A stretch of DNA of 64,000 nt, taken from positions 1,568,001 through 1,632,000 of the forward strand of contig OZ253449.1 of assembly GCA_965261345.1 (NCBI GenBank). The letters are read 5' to 3'. Below are positions 30,958 through 41,479 of this stretch, piece by piece. Made by a program: the position numbers and the translations under genes. Each line of letters starts with the position of its first letter. The first letter of the stretch is position 1. The DNA comes from Chloroflexota bacterium. Lineage in GTDB: Bacteria; Chloroflexota; UBA11872; VXNJ01. Under the pieces are notes generated by a model. That model made no database searches. It worked only from the letters and a program-made list of their open reading frames with translations, and was not told where the DNA came from.

Positions 30958-32515
30958 ATGCGAGGAAAGAAGCTGAGCCGGGCGGTGCGGAAGGAGCTGC
31001 TAGCGGCCTTAAGGGGCCGCTATGCGAGGGCGTCCAAGATCGACAAGGGCGGAATCCTTAACGAGTTCGTGGCTCTATCTGGCCACAACCGCAAATACGC
31101 AACCCGATTGCTGGGCAATGCTGCAAGCCCTGCTCCGGCACCGCCCACCAAGTCCTCATACCGCATCTACGACGAGGCCGTCAGGGACTCCTTGATCATC
31201 CTTAAGGGAAGCGGCCGATCGGATCTGCGGCAAACGGTTGCAAGCGATATTGCCCAGCCTGATCGAATCACTGGAAGGGCATGGCCACCTGCAGCTTGAT
31301 CTGGACCTTAAAAGCAAGCTCTTCGCGATCAGCCCGGCATCGATCGATCGCCTCCTCAAACCAGTCCGCAAGACCGCCGGCAGCAGTCGACGGCGTCACC
31401 CCCGCCGCCGCAACCGTCATCACGCCAAGGTCCCGATCCGGACGTTTGCCGATTGGCATGGCCCCGACCCCGGCTACCTGGAAATAGATCTGGTGGCCCA
31501 CTGTGGTGGCAACATGGCCGGGAGCTTCATCCAGTCCCTGTCGGTTACCGATGTGTGCTCGGGCTGGGTGGAGGCAGTCCCGCTGCTGGCAAGGGAGCAG
31601 ACGCTTGTGACCGAGGCGCTTGAGGTTATAGGCGGGCGGGTACCGGTGCCAATACTTGGAATCGATACTGACAACGACAGCGCCTTTATCTCCCAGACCC
31701 TTATCGATTACTGCCAAGAGCGTGAAATCGAGTTCACCCGCTCACGCGCCTACCGCTCCAACGATCAGGCCTACATCGAACAGAAGAACGGCGCCGTAAT
31801 CAGACGCTTTGCCGGTTACGAGCGCTTTGCCGGCCTCATCGCCGGACAGACCCTGGCCCGACTCTTTGCCTTAGTTGGTCTCTACACCAATTTCTTCCAA
31901 CCGTCTTTCAAACTGATCTCCAAGCAGCGCTATGGAGCCAGAACCCAAAAGCGCTACGACCGTCCGCTAACTCCCTGCCAGCGCCTGCTCGATCACCCCG
32001 CCGTTGCCGAAAAGGTCAAGGAGGGGTTGCGCGCTACGCGCTTGCAACTGGATCCGCTCTTGCTCCTTAGCGAGATCCGCCAGGCCCAGTCGGCCCTGGC
32101 CACATTGGCATCGCCCGAGGAAAGAAGCAAGGTGCAAAAGGATGATCTGTCGCAGTTCCTGGCCAAGCTCTCTCATCTGTGGCGCGAGGGCGATGCAAAT
32201 CCGACCCGCCGTCCAAAACGAAAGCGCCGCAGGTGGTGGCGGACTTGCCCCGACCCCCTAGAGCACGTCTGGCCCGCGGCGCTTACCTACCTGCAGGATC
32301 ATCCCGACGCCAGCGGCATGCAGATCCTGAAAGTGCTCATGCGTGATCACCCCGACGCCGTCGGGCCCAAGCAGCTGCGGACGTTGCAGCGAAGGCTCAA
32401 GCAATGGCGGTCGGTGATGGCCAAAGAGCTTGTATACGGAGTCGTAAACGGTGCTGATGGTGCGGTTGAGAACGCCGAAATCGTAAGTGAAATCGCGCCA
32501 ATCGGAGTCAAATAA
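30958..32515 (+). pseudogene. ISNCY DDE/rve transposase, frameshift near 31205
   Basis: KGGILNEF...NRKYATRLL; EAADRICGKRL split over frames; EIDLVAHCG, DTDNDSAF, TRSRAYRSND...EQKN. Confidence 0.85.
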
Positions 32516-32763
32516 ACGGTCCCAAATTTCGGTTACATTTTTTGGTGAGGCAACGGGCCGGACAAAGTAACTGTCGCGGATCAGCTCCTGATCGCCCTTA
32601 ACTCGGTGGCCGGCCGCGGCGAGCCCTGGCGGGAGCAGGCGCCCGCGTAGCCGGCCGCGATATCCGGAGCGACCCCGGCGCGGGGAGCACCCGGTTGGCC
32701 GGCTCCCCCTCATTGGTACCAGAGGGAATGTGAATAATCTGGTTCCAACGAAAGGGGACTGCA

Positions 32764-33042
32764 ATGGCGAAGCGAAAGTACTCGCCCGAACAGATCATCA
32801 ACAAGCTCCGGGCCATAGAGCTGGGCGTCGCCCAGGGCGACACCGTCGAGCAGAGCTGCCGCAAGGCGGCGATCAACGTCCAGACGTATTACCGCTGGCG
32901 CTCCCGCTACGGCGGGATGACGCTCGCCGAGGCCAAGGAGAACAAGCGCCTGCGCGAGGAGAACAAGCGCTTAAAACACGCGGTGGCCGATCTAACGCTC
33001 GACAACCAGATCCTGAAAGAGACGGCCTCGGGAAACTTCTAA
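32764..33042 (+). CDS. IS3 transposase OrfA
   Basis: KYSPEQII...TYYRWR..YGG HTH and leucine zipper. Confidence 0.92.
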   Translation: MAKRKYSPEQIINKLRAIELGVAQGDTVEQSCRKAAINVQTYYRWRSRYGGMTLAEAKENKRLREENKRLKHAVADLTLDNQILKETASGNF

Positions 33043-33869
33043 GCCCGGAGCGGCGGCGCAAGTGCGTCGACCACGTCCGGGCCAAGTTCCCGGTGTCTGA
33101 ACGAAGAGCCTGCCGGGTGCTGGGCCAATCGCGCCGCACCCAGCGCTACATCCCAAAACCCGATCCGGAAGAGGACAACCTCACCGCCGAGATCAGGATG
33201 CTTTCCCTCAAGCACCCCCGCTATGGCTACAAGCGCATCACCGCCCTGCTTAAACACTCGGGCTGGAAACTGAACCGCAAACGGGTATTGCGCATCTGGC
33301 GCGCGCAGGGCCTTAAGGTCCCGATCCGAAAGGTCAAGAAGTCGCGCCTCTGGCTGGAGAACGGACGCTCTACGCGGCTTATGGCCGAGCGCCCGAATCA
33401 CGTCTGGGCCTACGACTTTACCTACGAGCGCACCGAGGACGGCAGACCACTGCGGATCCTTACCGTGGTCGATGAGTTCACCCGCGTGGCCTTAGCGGCC
33501 CGGGCGGCCCGATCCTTCCCTGCCCGGGACGTGATCGAGACAATCGCCGACCTCATGCTCATCCACGGGGTCCCCGAGCACATCCGCTCTGACAACGGCC
33601 CCGAATTTACCGCCAAAGCGATAAGGCAATGGCTATCTGGCAACAGCGTCAAGACCGTCTACATAAAGCCCGGAGCGCCCTGGGAGAACGCCTATGCGGA
33701 ATCGTTCATATCCAAGCTCCGCGACGAGCTCCTGGACCGCGAGATATTCTTCACCCTCGAAGAAGCCAGGGTGATGCTGGAGCGCTTCCGGATCGACTAC
33801 AACACCGTGCGCCCGCACTCGGCGCTCGGCTACCTGGCGCCCCTGGAAGCGATCGAGGCGGCGGCGTGA
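33030..33869 (+). CDS. IS3 transposase OrfB (-1 frameshift fusion)
   Basis: YGYKRI, VWAYDF, SDNGPEF, PWENAYAESF, YNTVRPHSALGY. Confidence 0.9.
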   Translation, partial: GKLLSPERRRKCVDHVRAKFPVSERRACRVLGQSRRTQRYIPKPDPEEDNLTAEIRMLSLKHPRYGYKRITALLKHSGWKLNRKRVLRIWRAQGLKVPIRKVKKSRLWLENGRSTRLMAERPNHVWAYDFTYERTEDGRPLRILTVVDEFTRVALAARAARSFPARDVIETIADLMLIHGVPEHIRSDNGPEFTAKAIRQWLSGNSVKTVYIKPGAPWENAYAESFISKLRDELLDREIFFTLEEARVMLERFRIDYNTVRPHSALGYLAPLEAIEAAA

Positions 33870-34320
33870 TGGATCAACTTCCGGTTGCAATCCGGCTGCT
33901 GCTGGCCGGCCTCATCGACGGCCCGGCGTCCGTCTTCGTGGGTGCTACGGGCGGCCGCAATATCAGCTTCGCCGCCAGCTCTCCTGCAGGAGAGCTGGCG
34001 GCACCCTCCCACAAGACAATGTCTCAAACCACCTGGTACCAAAACCGGGGACCTGCCACGGTGATCTGAAGCCAATCTGCTTTTTGTCAACGCCGGGCAA
34101 GGCGCCCGGCAAGGTCCCTGGCGAAGCCGTACCCAGCGCATGGGTCTTTGCAGGGTATGCGCCTGGCAAAGGGAGCTGATTTCACTCCTCCCTTATCTCC
34201 CGGACCCTCTCTGATCCCACCCCGGCGGGTTTGACTTTTGACACGGTTGCTAATGAGGCAACGGCCCTGTTTCGATTACAAAAACAGTGAGTCAATGCGC
34301 GCGGCAAAAGTAGTTGTCGT

Positions 34321-34557
34321 CTACCGGCAAAACTGGGTTTCGCCGTTCACCTGTTGACTCATGCAGAACTCGATCGCGGCGACCGGGTCGGAGTAGCCCA
34401 TGGGGAAGTGCCTGTCTTCGTATACCTCGACAAGGTCGACGAGCACATCGAGCTCCTCCCCCTCGGGCGTACTTTCGCGGGCATCCATGAGCGCCGCGAC
34501 CCGCGCAAGGGCAGCTAGGTAGTCGGCTTCAGTGCGGATGGGCTTAACGTTGACCAT
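34321..34557 (-). pseudogene. higA: HigA-type antitoxin truncated before its HTH
   Basis: KPIRTEADY.AAL...ELDVLVDLVEVYE...DPVAAIEF, then ends. Confidence 0.75.
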
Positions 34558-34559
34558 TG

Positions 34560-34854
34560 CTTCACCTTCTCGTGCATTGATGCGGTTGTATTAGGCATGT
34601 GTCCCCGTGAAGCGGGCGTACGCTGTCTGGTACCGATAGTTGATCTCAACGATCAGGCGGTATTCGTTTCCTCTGATGTTGAAGACGACCCGGTTGCCGC
34701 CAACGATGTTGGCCTTGGAGAATCTTGCCTCGACCTTCGCCGGCGTGTCCCAGTCCTCGTCCTTGACGGTGCGATTCGATGATCGCAGCGGTTCCTCGGC
34801 CTGCGGGGAGCCGGCGACTATCTCCAGTATCCCCAATTCGTGCATGGCGCGCAC
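34560..34854 (-). pseudogene. higB: HigB-type toxin, degenerate
   Basis: NRVVFNIRGNEYRLIV...GTHA followed by TAA where the conserved E would be; N-terminus eroded. Confidence 0.78.
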
Positions 34855-35089
34855 GGATGGGATGGTGGTCGCAGGATCGGCAAAACAATATCATTTTGGC
34901 ATTAGACATAATTGGGCTTAGTTCTAGTGTTTGCCCGTTTCAGGCTGAATCTAGTACGGCCACCGAGCCGATTTGTTGGCGTGGATTGGTCTAAATGGCC
35001 TCGGGTTCTGCGCTGGCGGTCGCCAATCTGCACAGATCGAACGAACCTAACTGATTTAGCATTCGCGGCGAAATCGCCTGAGCGCGTTG

Positions 35090-36475
35090 TTAGCTCTCAG
35101 TTGGCTTGCGGGCTTCGCTGGATGGTCGGGCCGGATTGCCGTACACCGTAACTCCGCTCGGAACATTGCGGGTCACCACCGAACCGGCGCCAATTACCGC
35201 GTCCGCGCCGATTTCGAGCGGCGCTACCAACGAGCAATTGGAACCCACGAAGGCTTTCTCGCCGATCGTGGTGGGATGTTTGTCTATGCCGTCGAAATTG
35301 CAGGTGATGGTGCCGGCGCCGATTATGCAGTCGCGCCCGATGTTGGCATCACCGACGTAACAGAGGTGCCCAATGAGGGTGCCTGGACCGATGTAGGAAT
35401 TCTTGATTTCCACGCAATTGCCAACGTGGGCACTGGAGCCGATATACGTACCTTCGCGCACAAGGGCGTTGGGTCCGATTGACACGTTACTCTCACCGCC
35501 GGCCTGGTTGACCCGCGAGGAAATGATCGAACAGTTGTTTCCAAATTCGCTGTTGAAGATGCTGGAATTCGGGCCGATCTGGCAACTTTCGCCAAAGATC
35601 GACTTGCCGGTGATTTCCACGTTGGGCTCAATTACGGTTCCGGGACCGATTTCGACATCGGGTCCGATCCGTACCGCACCCAGATCGCGGATTCGAACTC
35701 CCTGGGCACAGAGCTTCCGCGCGCGCCGGCGAAAGTAGGCCATTTCGGCTAGCGAAAGTGATTCAAGGTTGTCACAGCCCATGCCCTCGGATAGATCACA
35801 GATTTGCCGGTCCACGATGCGTTGGCCGTTGTCGCTAGCGATTCGAACCAGGTCGGTCAGATATATTTCGCCGCTTTCTGGATCTGGGCCTATCCTCTCG
35901 ATCTGGCCCTGGATCCAGTCGGCGCGCAGGATCATAGCCCCGCAATTTACCTCCCGAATCGCAAGTTGAGCGGGCGTGCAACTTGCGGCTTCGCGAATCT
36001 GGCAAATCTCGCCGTTATGACGGATGATGCGCCCGCGCGATCCAGGTGCTGCGTCGAGGGCGGTGGTAAGTCCGATGACTGCGTTTTGGTGCTCAACGTC
36101 GCCGATTAGATCAGTGATTGACCGCGCAGTCAGAAGCGGATTGTCAACGAAGAGTATCGCGATGAATTCGACTGACTCAAATATGCTCTCCTCGGCTGCC
36201 AACAGCGCGGCCCCGGTTCCGGCCAGGGTTGGATCCTGGATTACGATTTCGTGCGGGAAGTGCTGCTCTCCCAGGCCTGGTTGATCGCCCCGCCGAACGA
36301 CAACGACCTGCCGAGGATCGATTTCAATGCACGTCCTAAACAGGTGCTCGATCATCGCAATCCCGGCCAGGTTGGTGAGCGCCTTGTCGGCGTCTGGGCC
36401 CATCCGGGTTCCCCGGCCGGCAGCTAGGATCACGACCGCCCAATTGGAATTGGCGGGGGTTAGTGGGTAGGGCAT
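35090..36475 (-). CDS. glmU: Bifunctional UDP-GlcNAc pyrophosphorylase / glucosamine-1-P acetyltransferase
   Basis: ILAAGRGTRM...K, GEIYLTD, hexapeptide repeats, GNCVEIK, GAGTITCNFDG. Confidence 0.9.
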   Translation of the reverse strand: MPYPLTPANSNWAVVILAAGRGTRMGPDADKALTNLAGIAMIEHLFRTCIEIDPRQVVVVRRGDQPGLGEQHFPHEIVIQDPTLAGTGAALLAAEESIFESVEFIAILFVDNPLLTARSITDLIGDVEHQNAVIGLTTALDAAPGSRGRIIRHNGEICQIREAASCTPAQLAIREVNCGAMILRADWIQGQIERIGPDPESGEIYLTDLVRIASDNGQRIVDRQICDLSEGMGCDNLESLSLAEMAYFRRRARKLCAQGVRIRDLGAVRIGPDVEIGPGTVIEPNVEITGKSIFGESCQIGPNSSIFNSEFGNNCSIISSRVNQAGGESNVSIGPNALVREGTYIGSSAHVGNCVEIKNSYIGPGTLIGHLCYVGDANIGRDCIIGAGTITCNFDGIDKHPTTIGEKAFVGSNCSLVAPLEIGADAVIGAGSVVTRNVPSGVTVYGNPARPSSEARKPTES

Positions 36476-36566
36476 TTGGTGCGTTTGGGGATTGAAATTG
36501 TCTGCAGAACCATGCGGTTGGGACAAATGTCGCAAGACACGAGCCATCTGCTCGATTTGGCCTTAA

Positions 36567-37442
36567 TTATCTGGGCGTGGGCTTGCGAAGTTCGAGGTCT
36601 TCCAATTGCCAGTGGCCACGTGGCCGCCCTAGCCAAGTCCAGTAGCCATTATTGGCCAATTCCTGTTTGACGATCATCGCCGATTGCCGGGATTGGAACA
36701 GTCCAAAGCATGTGGGCCCACTACCGGAGAGCTGGCAAAGTCGGGTACTGGCGGCGAGGATTTCCAAGATCGGTTCAATCGAGGAGCATAAGCGGATAGC
36801 GGTGGCCTGCAGTCCATTGGTCATCAGGTCCCAATCAGGTCGTCCGCGCGTGATTGAATCGGCCAGGGTACGCGTTCGCTCGCCGTCGGAAAATTCGTTT
36901 GCTCTCAACTCAGCGTAGACGCTGGGCGTTGAAAGTTCGAGGTTGGGATTGGCCAACACAATCCACGAATCAGGAGTCGGCAGGGAGCGCGAAATGATCT
37001 CGCCGCGGCCACTGATTAAGGCGCAGCCGCCAGTTAGAAAGAATGTTACATCGGAACCCAGTCGGCGGCAGATTGCAGTCAACTCGATGTGACCGAGACG
37101 GATGCCACTTTCGCGATTAACGGCCAACAATGTGATTGCCGCATCGCTGCTTCCACCGCCCAAGCCGGCGGCCGATGGAATAAATTTTGCTACCCGGGCG
37201 GAAAGTCCAAAGTCGCACTTTGCGCGGCTCTCTAAGTTCCGGATGGCCGCATCGGTTAGCGGGGTGGACGTAAATCTACAGTTCGGCTGACTGTTGGGTT
37301 TGTAATCGGGCGAGTGCGAAATCTCAACCTCATCGCATAAATCGATTGCCTGCATAATCGAAACTATTTCGTGGAATCGGTCGGCGCGGCGCCCAACTAT
37401 TTCTAAGCCGAAATTGATTTTGGCCGGAGCGTGAATTTTCAT
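36567..37442 (-). CDS. ispE: 4-diphosphocytidyl-2-C-methyl-D-erythritol kinase
   Basis: APAKIN, AGLGGGSSDAA, LGSDV, LSGSGPT. Confidence 0.93.
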   Translation of the reverse strand: MKIHAPAKINFGLEIVGRRADRFHEIVSIMQAIDLCDEVEISHSPDYKPNSQPNCRFTSTPLTDAAIRNLESRAKCDFGLSARVAKFIPSAAGLGGGSSDAAITLLAVNRESGIRLGHIELTAICRRLGSDVTFFLTGGCALISGRGEIISRSLPTPDSWIVLANPNLELSTPSVYAELRANEFSDGERTRTLADSITRGRPDWDLMTNGLQATAIRLCSSIEPILEILAASTRLCQLSGSGPTCFGLFQSRQSAMIVKQELANNGYWTWLGRPRGHWQLEDLELRKPTPR

Positions 37443-37867
37443 TTGCCGTCCAGACCCAGTGGTGCAGGGTCGATGTTTAATAAATCAAGGGCCTGACGTT
37501 CGAGATTGCGCATCCGATGGGTCGAATCGGATTCGGCGTGGTGGAATCCGAGCGCGTGCAGGGTGCCGTGGACCGCCAGATAGATTAGCTCGCATCGTAG
37601 ATCCCAGCCTCTTATCGCAGCGTCCTCTGCCGCAATCTTCGGGCAGATGGCAATGTCGCCACCCGATGGCGTGCCAAAAGTGAGGATATTGGTTGGACCG
37701 GGCTTACCCTTGAACTCCGCGTGCAGATTGGCGATGTGCGCTGGACCGACAAATCTGATGGTGATTTCCTGACCTTCGACTGCGATGAGTTGCCCGACTG
37801 AATTGATCGCCTTGGCGATGGAATCAGAATCAACCCCGGCCGGAGCATTTTCGACACTTATGTGCAA
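37439..37867 (-). CDS. ybeY: rRNA maturation endoribonuclease YbeY
   Basis: PTNILTF, GDIAIC, HGTLHALGFHH; start approximate because the ORF-track start overlaps the tRNA. Confidence 0.85.
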   Translation of the reverse strand: MHISVENAPAGVDSDSIAKAINSVGQLIAVEGQEITIRFVGPAHIANLHAEFKGKPGPTNILTFGTPSGGDIAICPKIAAEDAAIRGWDLRCELIYLAVHGTLHALGFHHAESDSTHRMRNLERQALDLLNIDPAPLGLDGK

Positions 37868-37903
37868 TTGGCGCAGAAGGTATTCGGGATTGGAGCAAAG
37901 ACT

Positions 37904-37978
<75 letters not shown>

Positions 37979-38056
37979 TCGAAAAGGATTATCCGAGCTT
38001 GGCAGAATCCCGGCGTTGGCTTGCGACTGGGGCCGGGTATTTGCCCGCAATTCAGG

Positions 38057-38097
38057 AATAAAGAATGGGCACCTCCCCTTTAAAGGGGAGGTGCCCA
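38057..38097 (-). terminator. Intrinsic terminator after the secreted LRR-like gene
   Basis: Perfect palindrome TGGGCACCTCCCCTTT/AAAGGGGAGGTGCCCA (38066-38097) followed by TTCTTTATT on the minus strand. Confidence 0.8.
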
Positions 38098-38146
38098 ATT
38101 TCAACTTGAACGATTTTCCGTTCAGGTCGACACAACGGTTTCCGGA

Positions 38147-39895
38147 CTAATCGTCGTCAGTAACGGCAACGACTGCAATGTCTTTGAGGTCTCCGGCGTT
38201 ATCCGGGTTCGCAGGCGCTTCGGTACCAGTCGCGGTGTCGAAGAGGAAGAGCCAAGTGTTTCGCTCACCCTTGTCTTCGCTGTCATCAGGGAGAATCTTG
38301 ACCGCAAACCGTGCCGCTTTGGAATTGTCTTCACCGGATCCCGCTCCGCGGTCGGCAATTGTCGGTCCCTGGATCGGGTTGGCTTGTCCGTCGCCAAACG
38401 CGGCGAAGTCAACTTTGTTACCCAAGATGTACGATGTCGTCGCCGCGTTGGTCAGAACAAAGATGTGTTCCCCCTCTACTCCGGCATAGAGACCAGCGTC
38501 CAAACCACTTGTAGTCCCTTCGCCCGCATCATTGGTGTCATCAGTCAAGATGATCACTTGCTGCGGCTCTTGATCACTAAAAATGTGAGCGGGAATAGTG
38601 CTCGGCGTCAAGTTTCCGACTTGATCGACATCGTCGTCGGGAGAAGTGTTCTTGCCAAACGTAATCTGCACGCTGTTGCCATCGGCGCTCCCAACGCCAG
38701 CGAAAATGCCGGACGGGAGACTTCGTGCGCCCACGATGTGCAACGTGGTAAGCCCCTTCAATCCTTCGAAATCGCCGGCGACCAGATCTTCGATCGGCTC
38801 GAGATCAAGGTCGTCGTCGTCTATTACTAGTGAAGTGAAGGCGCCTAAGTCGCGCAATGTCAAGTCATCGCACTTGGTGTGGGCACCAAAAGTGGCGTCG
38901 ACACCATCATCATCGGCTTTGTCGAGGATTTCGGCTTCGACATCTTCGCTGCGGTCGCAGACTGACGTAGACGGCGCGTCAGCGTCAAGCACAGTGATGT
39001 CGGCTTTGTCGTTAGCCAATTCGTATCCAGTTGTGGCACCGGTGATGCCAGCGTTGATCTCGATCGTGAAATCCCACTCGTCCGAGTTGTCGTTGTCTTT
39101 GTCAACCGTGAAGGGCAAGTAAAAGATTCGGTTATCGCTTACAGAGTTGATCTCTGTCGGTCGTGATGCGGCAGCACCAGTACCGAACTTGATCAATTGG
39201 AGGTGGCTTCCACTCATGAACTCATTGGTGTCGAAATCTTCGGTGGCATCGCGTCCAGTTATCGTAAATGAGGGTGCAAGGACCGTGGCGTTGGAATCGA
39301 ACGTGAGATCAGGTAACGCGAACGCGATATAGCTGGGGGAACCTTCGGTAACCGTGTATTCGGTGTCCTGGAACCCGGCAACAGGGGAATCAGCGCTCAA
39401 TATCACAGCGGCCGTGGGCGGTATGTTCTTAAAGTCGACATCGTCGATCATGAGCGGGTTGCCCGTCAAGTCAATGTACTTGACAGTCGCCGGGATCGCT
39501 GGGTCATTCGCGCCCACGTTGTTGTCGTTAAGGAACACTTTGAGTTTGTCGGCGTCATCGTCGGATATCGCGAATTCAGTTAGGGAGCGATCATCGTTTG
39601 CGCTCAAATCCCAAGTGTCCTCTTCAAAGTCGGCGGCCGCCAACTGTTCCTCAGTTGCAGGGATGAGAGTGTCGCACTGTTGCGCACTTGCGTCTTGGCG
39701 TTCAAGGAGCATTTCAAGGAGTACCGGCGACAGATCGCACAGCTTTGCGTCCGGCGCAGCGAATGCGGGCCTCGAAGGCGCCAATGCAATGGCGGCAACA
39801 AGTACCGCCAACGCGAACGCCACCAATATTGGTAGGGCGCCCGCCAAAGTAATCCGATTGGAAAGAGTCAAAATGACCTCCAGCTTTTGCGGCAC
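38147..39895 (-). CDS. Secreted acidic protein with LRR-cap/LRR-like and Calx-beta-like segments
   Basis: Signal peptide ending AFA; LCDLS...QCD and VCDRS...KCD caps; GDFEGLKGLTTL...SLPSGIFAG; GFQDTEYTVTEG. Confidence 0.65.
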   Translation of the reverse strand: MPQKLEVILTLSNRITLAGALPILVAFALAVLVAAIALAPSRPAFAAPDAKLCDLSPVLLEMLLERQDASAQQCDTLIPATEEQLAAADFEEDTWDLSANDDRSLTEFAISDDDADKLKVFLNDNNVGANDPAIPATVKYIDLTGNPLMIDDVDFKNIPPTAAVILSADSPVAGFQDTEYTVTEGSPSYIAFALPDLTFDSNATVLAPSFTITGRDATEDFDTNEFMSGSHLQLIKFGTGAAASRPTEINSVSDNRIFYLPFTVDKDNDNSDEWDFTIEINAGITGATTGYELANDKADITVLDADAPSTSVCDRSEDVEAEILDKADDDGVDATFGAHTKCDDLTLRDLGAFTSLVIDDDDLDLEPIEDLVAGDFEGLKGLTTLHIVGARSLPSGIFAGVGSADGNSVQITFGKNTSPDDDVDQVGNLTPSTIPAHIFSDQEPQQVIILTDDTNDAGEGTTSGLDAGLYAGVEGEHIFVLTNAATTSYILGNKVDFAAFGDGQANPIQGPTIADRGAGSGEDNSKAARFAVKILPDDSEDKGERNTWLFLFDTATGTEAPANPDNAGDLKDIAVVAVTDDD

Positions 39896-40088
39896 GCCAA
39901 CCCGGGCGGGCCATGTCGGTTTGATTTACACATCCAACAGATCGCAAATTGCGAAACGCTGCAAATGCGCGACTTCTGATGTCGTATATGTTAACCGCGC
40001 CGCAATGGCGGGCGTTATGCGCGCGCTGATATCGGACTTGCGGCGCACCGCGCGGGCCATTCCTCTACGGTTGAATACTGCGAAAACG

Positions 40089-40310
40089 CTAGAACGCGTA
40101 TTCGGAATTTGCGATCCGGGCCGCTTTGATTGTGGCCCTCCTGGCTTTGCGCGCCCTGGCGGCTTGTTTCTTCTTGCGCCGGACACTGGGTTTCTCAAAA
40201 TACTTGCGGCGGCGCGATTCGGTCAGGATCCCGTGTTGTTGCACGCGCTTATTGAACCGGCGCAGCCCGGCTTCGAATGATTCTTTGCTTTCTAGGTTTA
40301 CGTGTGACAT
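40089..40310 (-). CDS. rpsU: 30S ribosomal protein S21
   Basis: ESFEAGLRRF...YFEKPS. Confidence 0.93.
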   Translation of the reverse strand: MSHVNLESKESFEAGLRRFNKRVQQHGILTESRRRKYFEKPSVRRKKKQAARARKARRATIKAARIANSEYAF

Positions 40311-40477
40311 TTGGCCTCTCGATTTATCAATTTATTCCTTCGCATGATTAGCTTGTGCAAATTTAAGGATTTGCCGATTCTCCGAAACGCTGGCTCAATT
40401 GCGCCAGCCACGTTCTGTTTGGAACCCGATTCTATGAACGGTCGACGGGGCCGGAATTTGGCACTGGTCGTTCCGCT

Positions 40478-41479
40478 TTGATTCTCAATCTGGATGGACC
40501 GATCGCATTCACCATCGCCTGCGTGGTGGCCGTGGCCGCATCGCCATTGATGATCCGAATTGGCACTTCTCTGGGCGTGTTGGACCTGCCTGGTCCGGAT
40601 CGATTGCATCTGAGGCCTGTAGTCCGGCTGGGAGGATTGGCCATTTTCCCGGCATTTTCGATTGCATTGTTTGCGACTGCTGCAGATCCTGGGCAATTTG
40701 TCGGGATTGGAGTTTGCGGGGCGGCAATTACCGCGGTCGGACTGGCCGACGATATATGGCAATTGCGGCCGTTGGCAAAACTGGCAGGCCAGACCGCCGT
40801 GGCGTTGGCGGCGGTTGGGGTAGGAGTGCACATTGCCGGAATTAGCAATCCGTTGGGCGGGATCATTGAACTGCCAACGCCGGTGGGTGGGGTGCTGACA
40901 GTTTTTTGGTTAGTTGGAATGATGAACGCCGTCAACCTGCTAGATGGCCTGGACGGATTAGCGCCCGGAGTTGTATTGGTCGCCGCATCCATAATGGCGA
41001 TCCTTTCGGCGCAATTGGGAGGTGGCCAATTAGTCCTGTTTGGCATAGCGCTTGTGGGAGCTATCTCGGGATTCCTCCCCTTTAACGCATACCAAGCGCG
41101 GCTGATCCTGGGGGATTCCGGTTCACAACTGCTCGGGTTTTTGATCGGCACGCTGGCCGTTCTCGGGCAGGCCAAGATCGGAACCGCACTGCTTGTGCTG
41201 GGAATTCCGATCCTTGATGTTGCCTGGACCATTACGCGGCGCAGACTCAGTGGACGCGGAATAACGGCTCGCGATACCGAGCACCTCCATCACCGCCTGC
41301 TTGCCGTAGGCCTCACGCGCACGCAGGTAACTGTGGTTTATGTATGCCTTTGCTCCGGATTTGGCGCGGCGGCGCTTTTTCTTGAACGAATCGAAAAAGT
41401 TATCGGTCTTGCGGCGCTGGCAATCGTTACCGCCGCACTGCTTTTCATCGGATCACGCGGGAAGCACCGAAGCCGGTGA
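40478..41479 (+). CDS. MraY/WecA-family polyprenyl-phosphate GlcNAc-1-P transferase
   Basis: GLADD, NAVNLLDGLDGL, LGDSGS, HLHHRLL. Confidence 0.9.
   Translation: MILNLDGPIAFTIACVVAVAASPLMIRIGTSLGVLDLPGPDRLHLRPVVRLGGLAIFPAFSIALFATAADPGQFVGIGVCGAAITAVGLADDIWQLRPLAKLAGQTAVALAAVGVGVHIAGISNPLGGIIELPTPVGGVLTVFWLVGMMNAVNLLDGLDGLAPGVVLVAASIMAILSAQLGGGQLVLFGIALVGAISGFLPFNAYQARLILGDSGSQLLGFLIGTLAVLGQAKIGTALLVLGIPILDVAWTITRRRLSGRGITARDTEHLHHRLLAVGLTRTQVTVVYVCLCSGFGAAALFLERIEKVIGLAALAIVTAALLFIGSRGKHRSR

Larger units (their letters stand above)
32696..34058 (+). mobile_element. IS3-family element copy 2, apparently intact
   Basis: Same IRs as copy 1; 4-bp TSD CGGT; orfA/orfB overlap at the GGGAAAC slippery site. 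Confidence 0.93.
30876..34299 (+). mobile_element. ISNCY-type element with 50-bp IRs, carrying nested IS3 copy 2
   Basis: IRs 30876-30925 and 34250-34299 (3 mismatches in 50 bp); internal TGAGGCAACG sub-repeat ~32546; no clean TSD. Confidence 0.85.

Noticed and set aside
34860-35090. Tn7 attachment at the island/core junction
   Set aside because: The adjacent gene is glmU, not glmS, and there are no tns genes or Tn7 ends.
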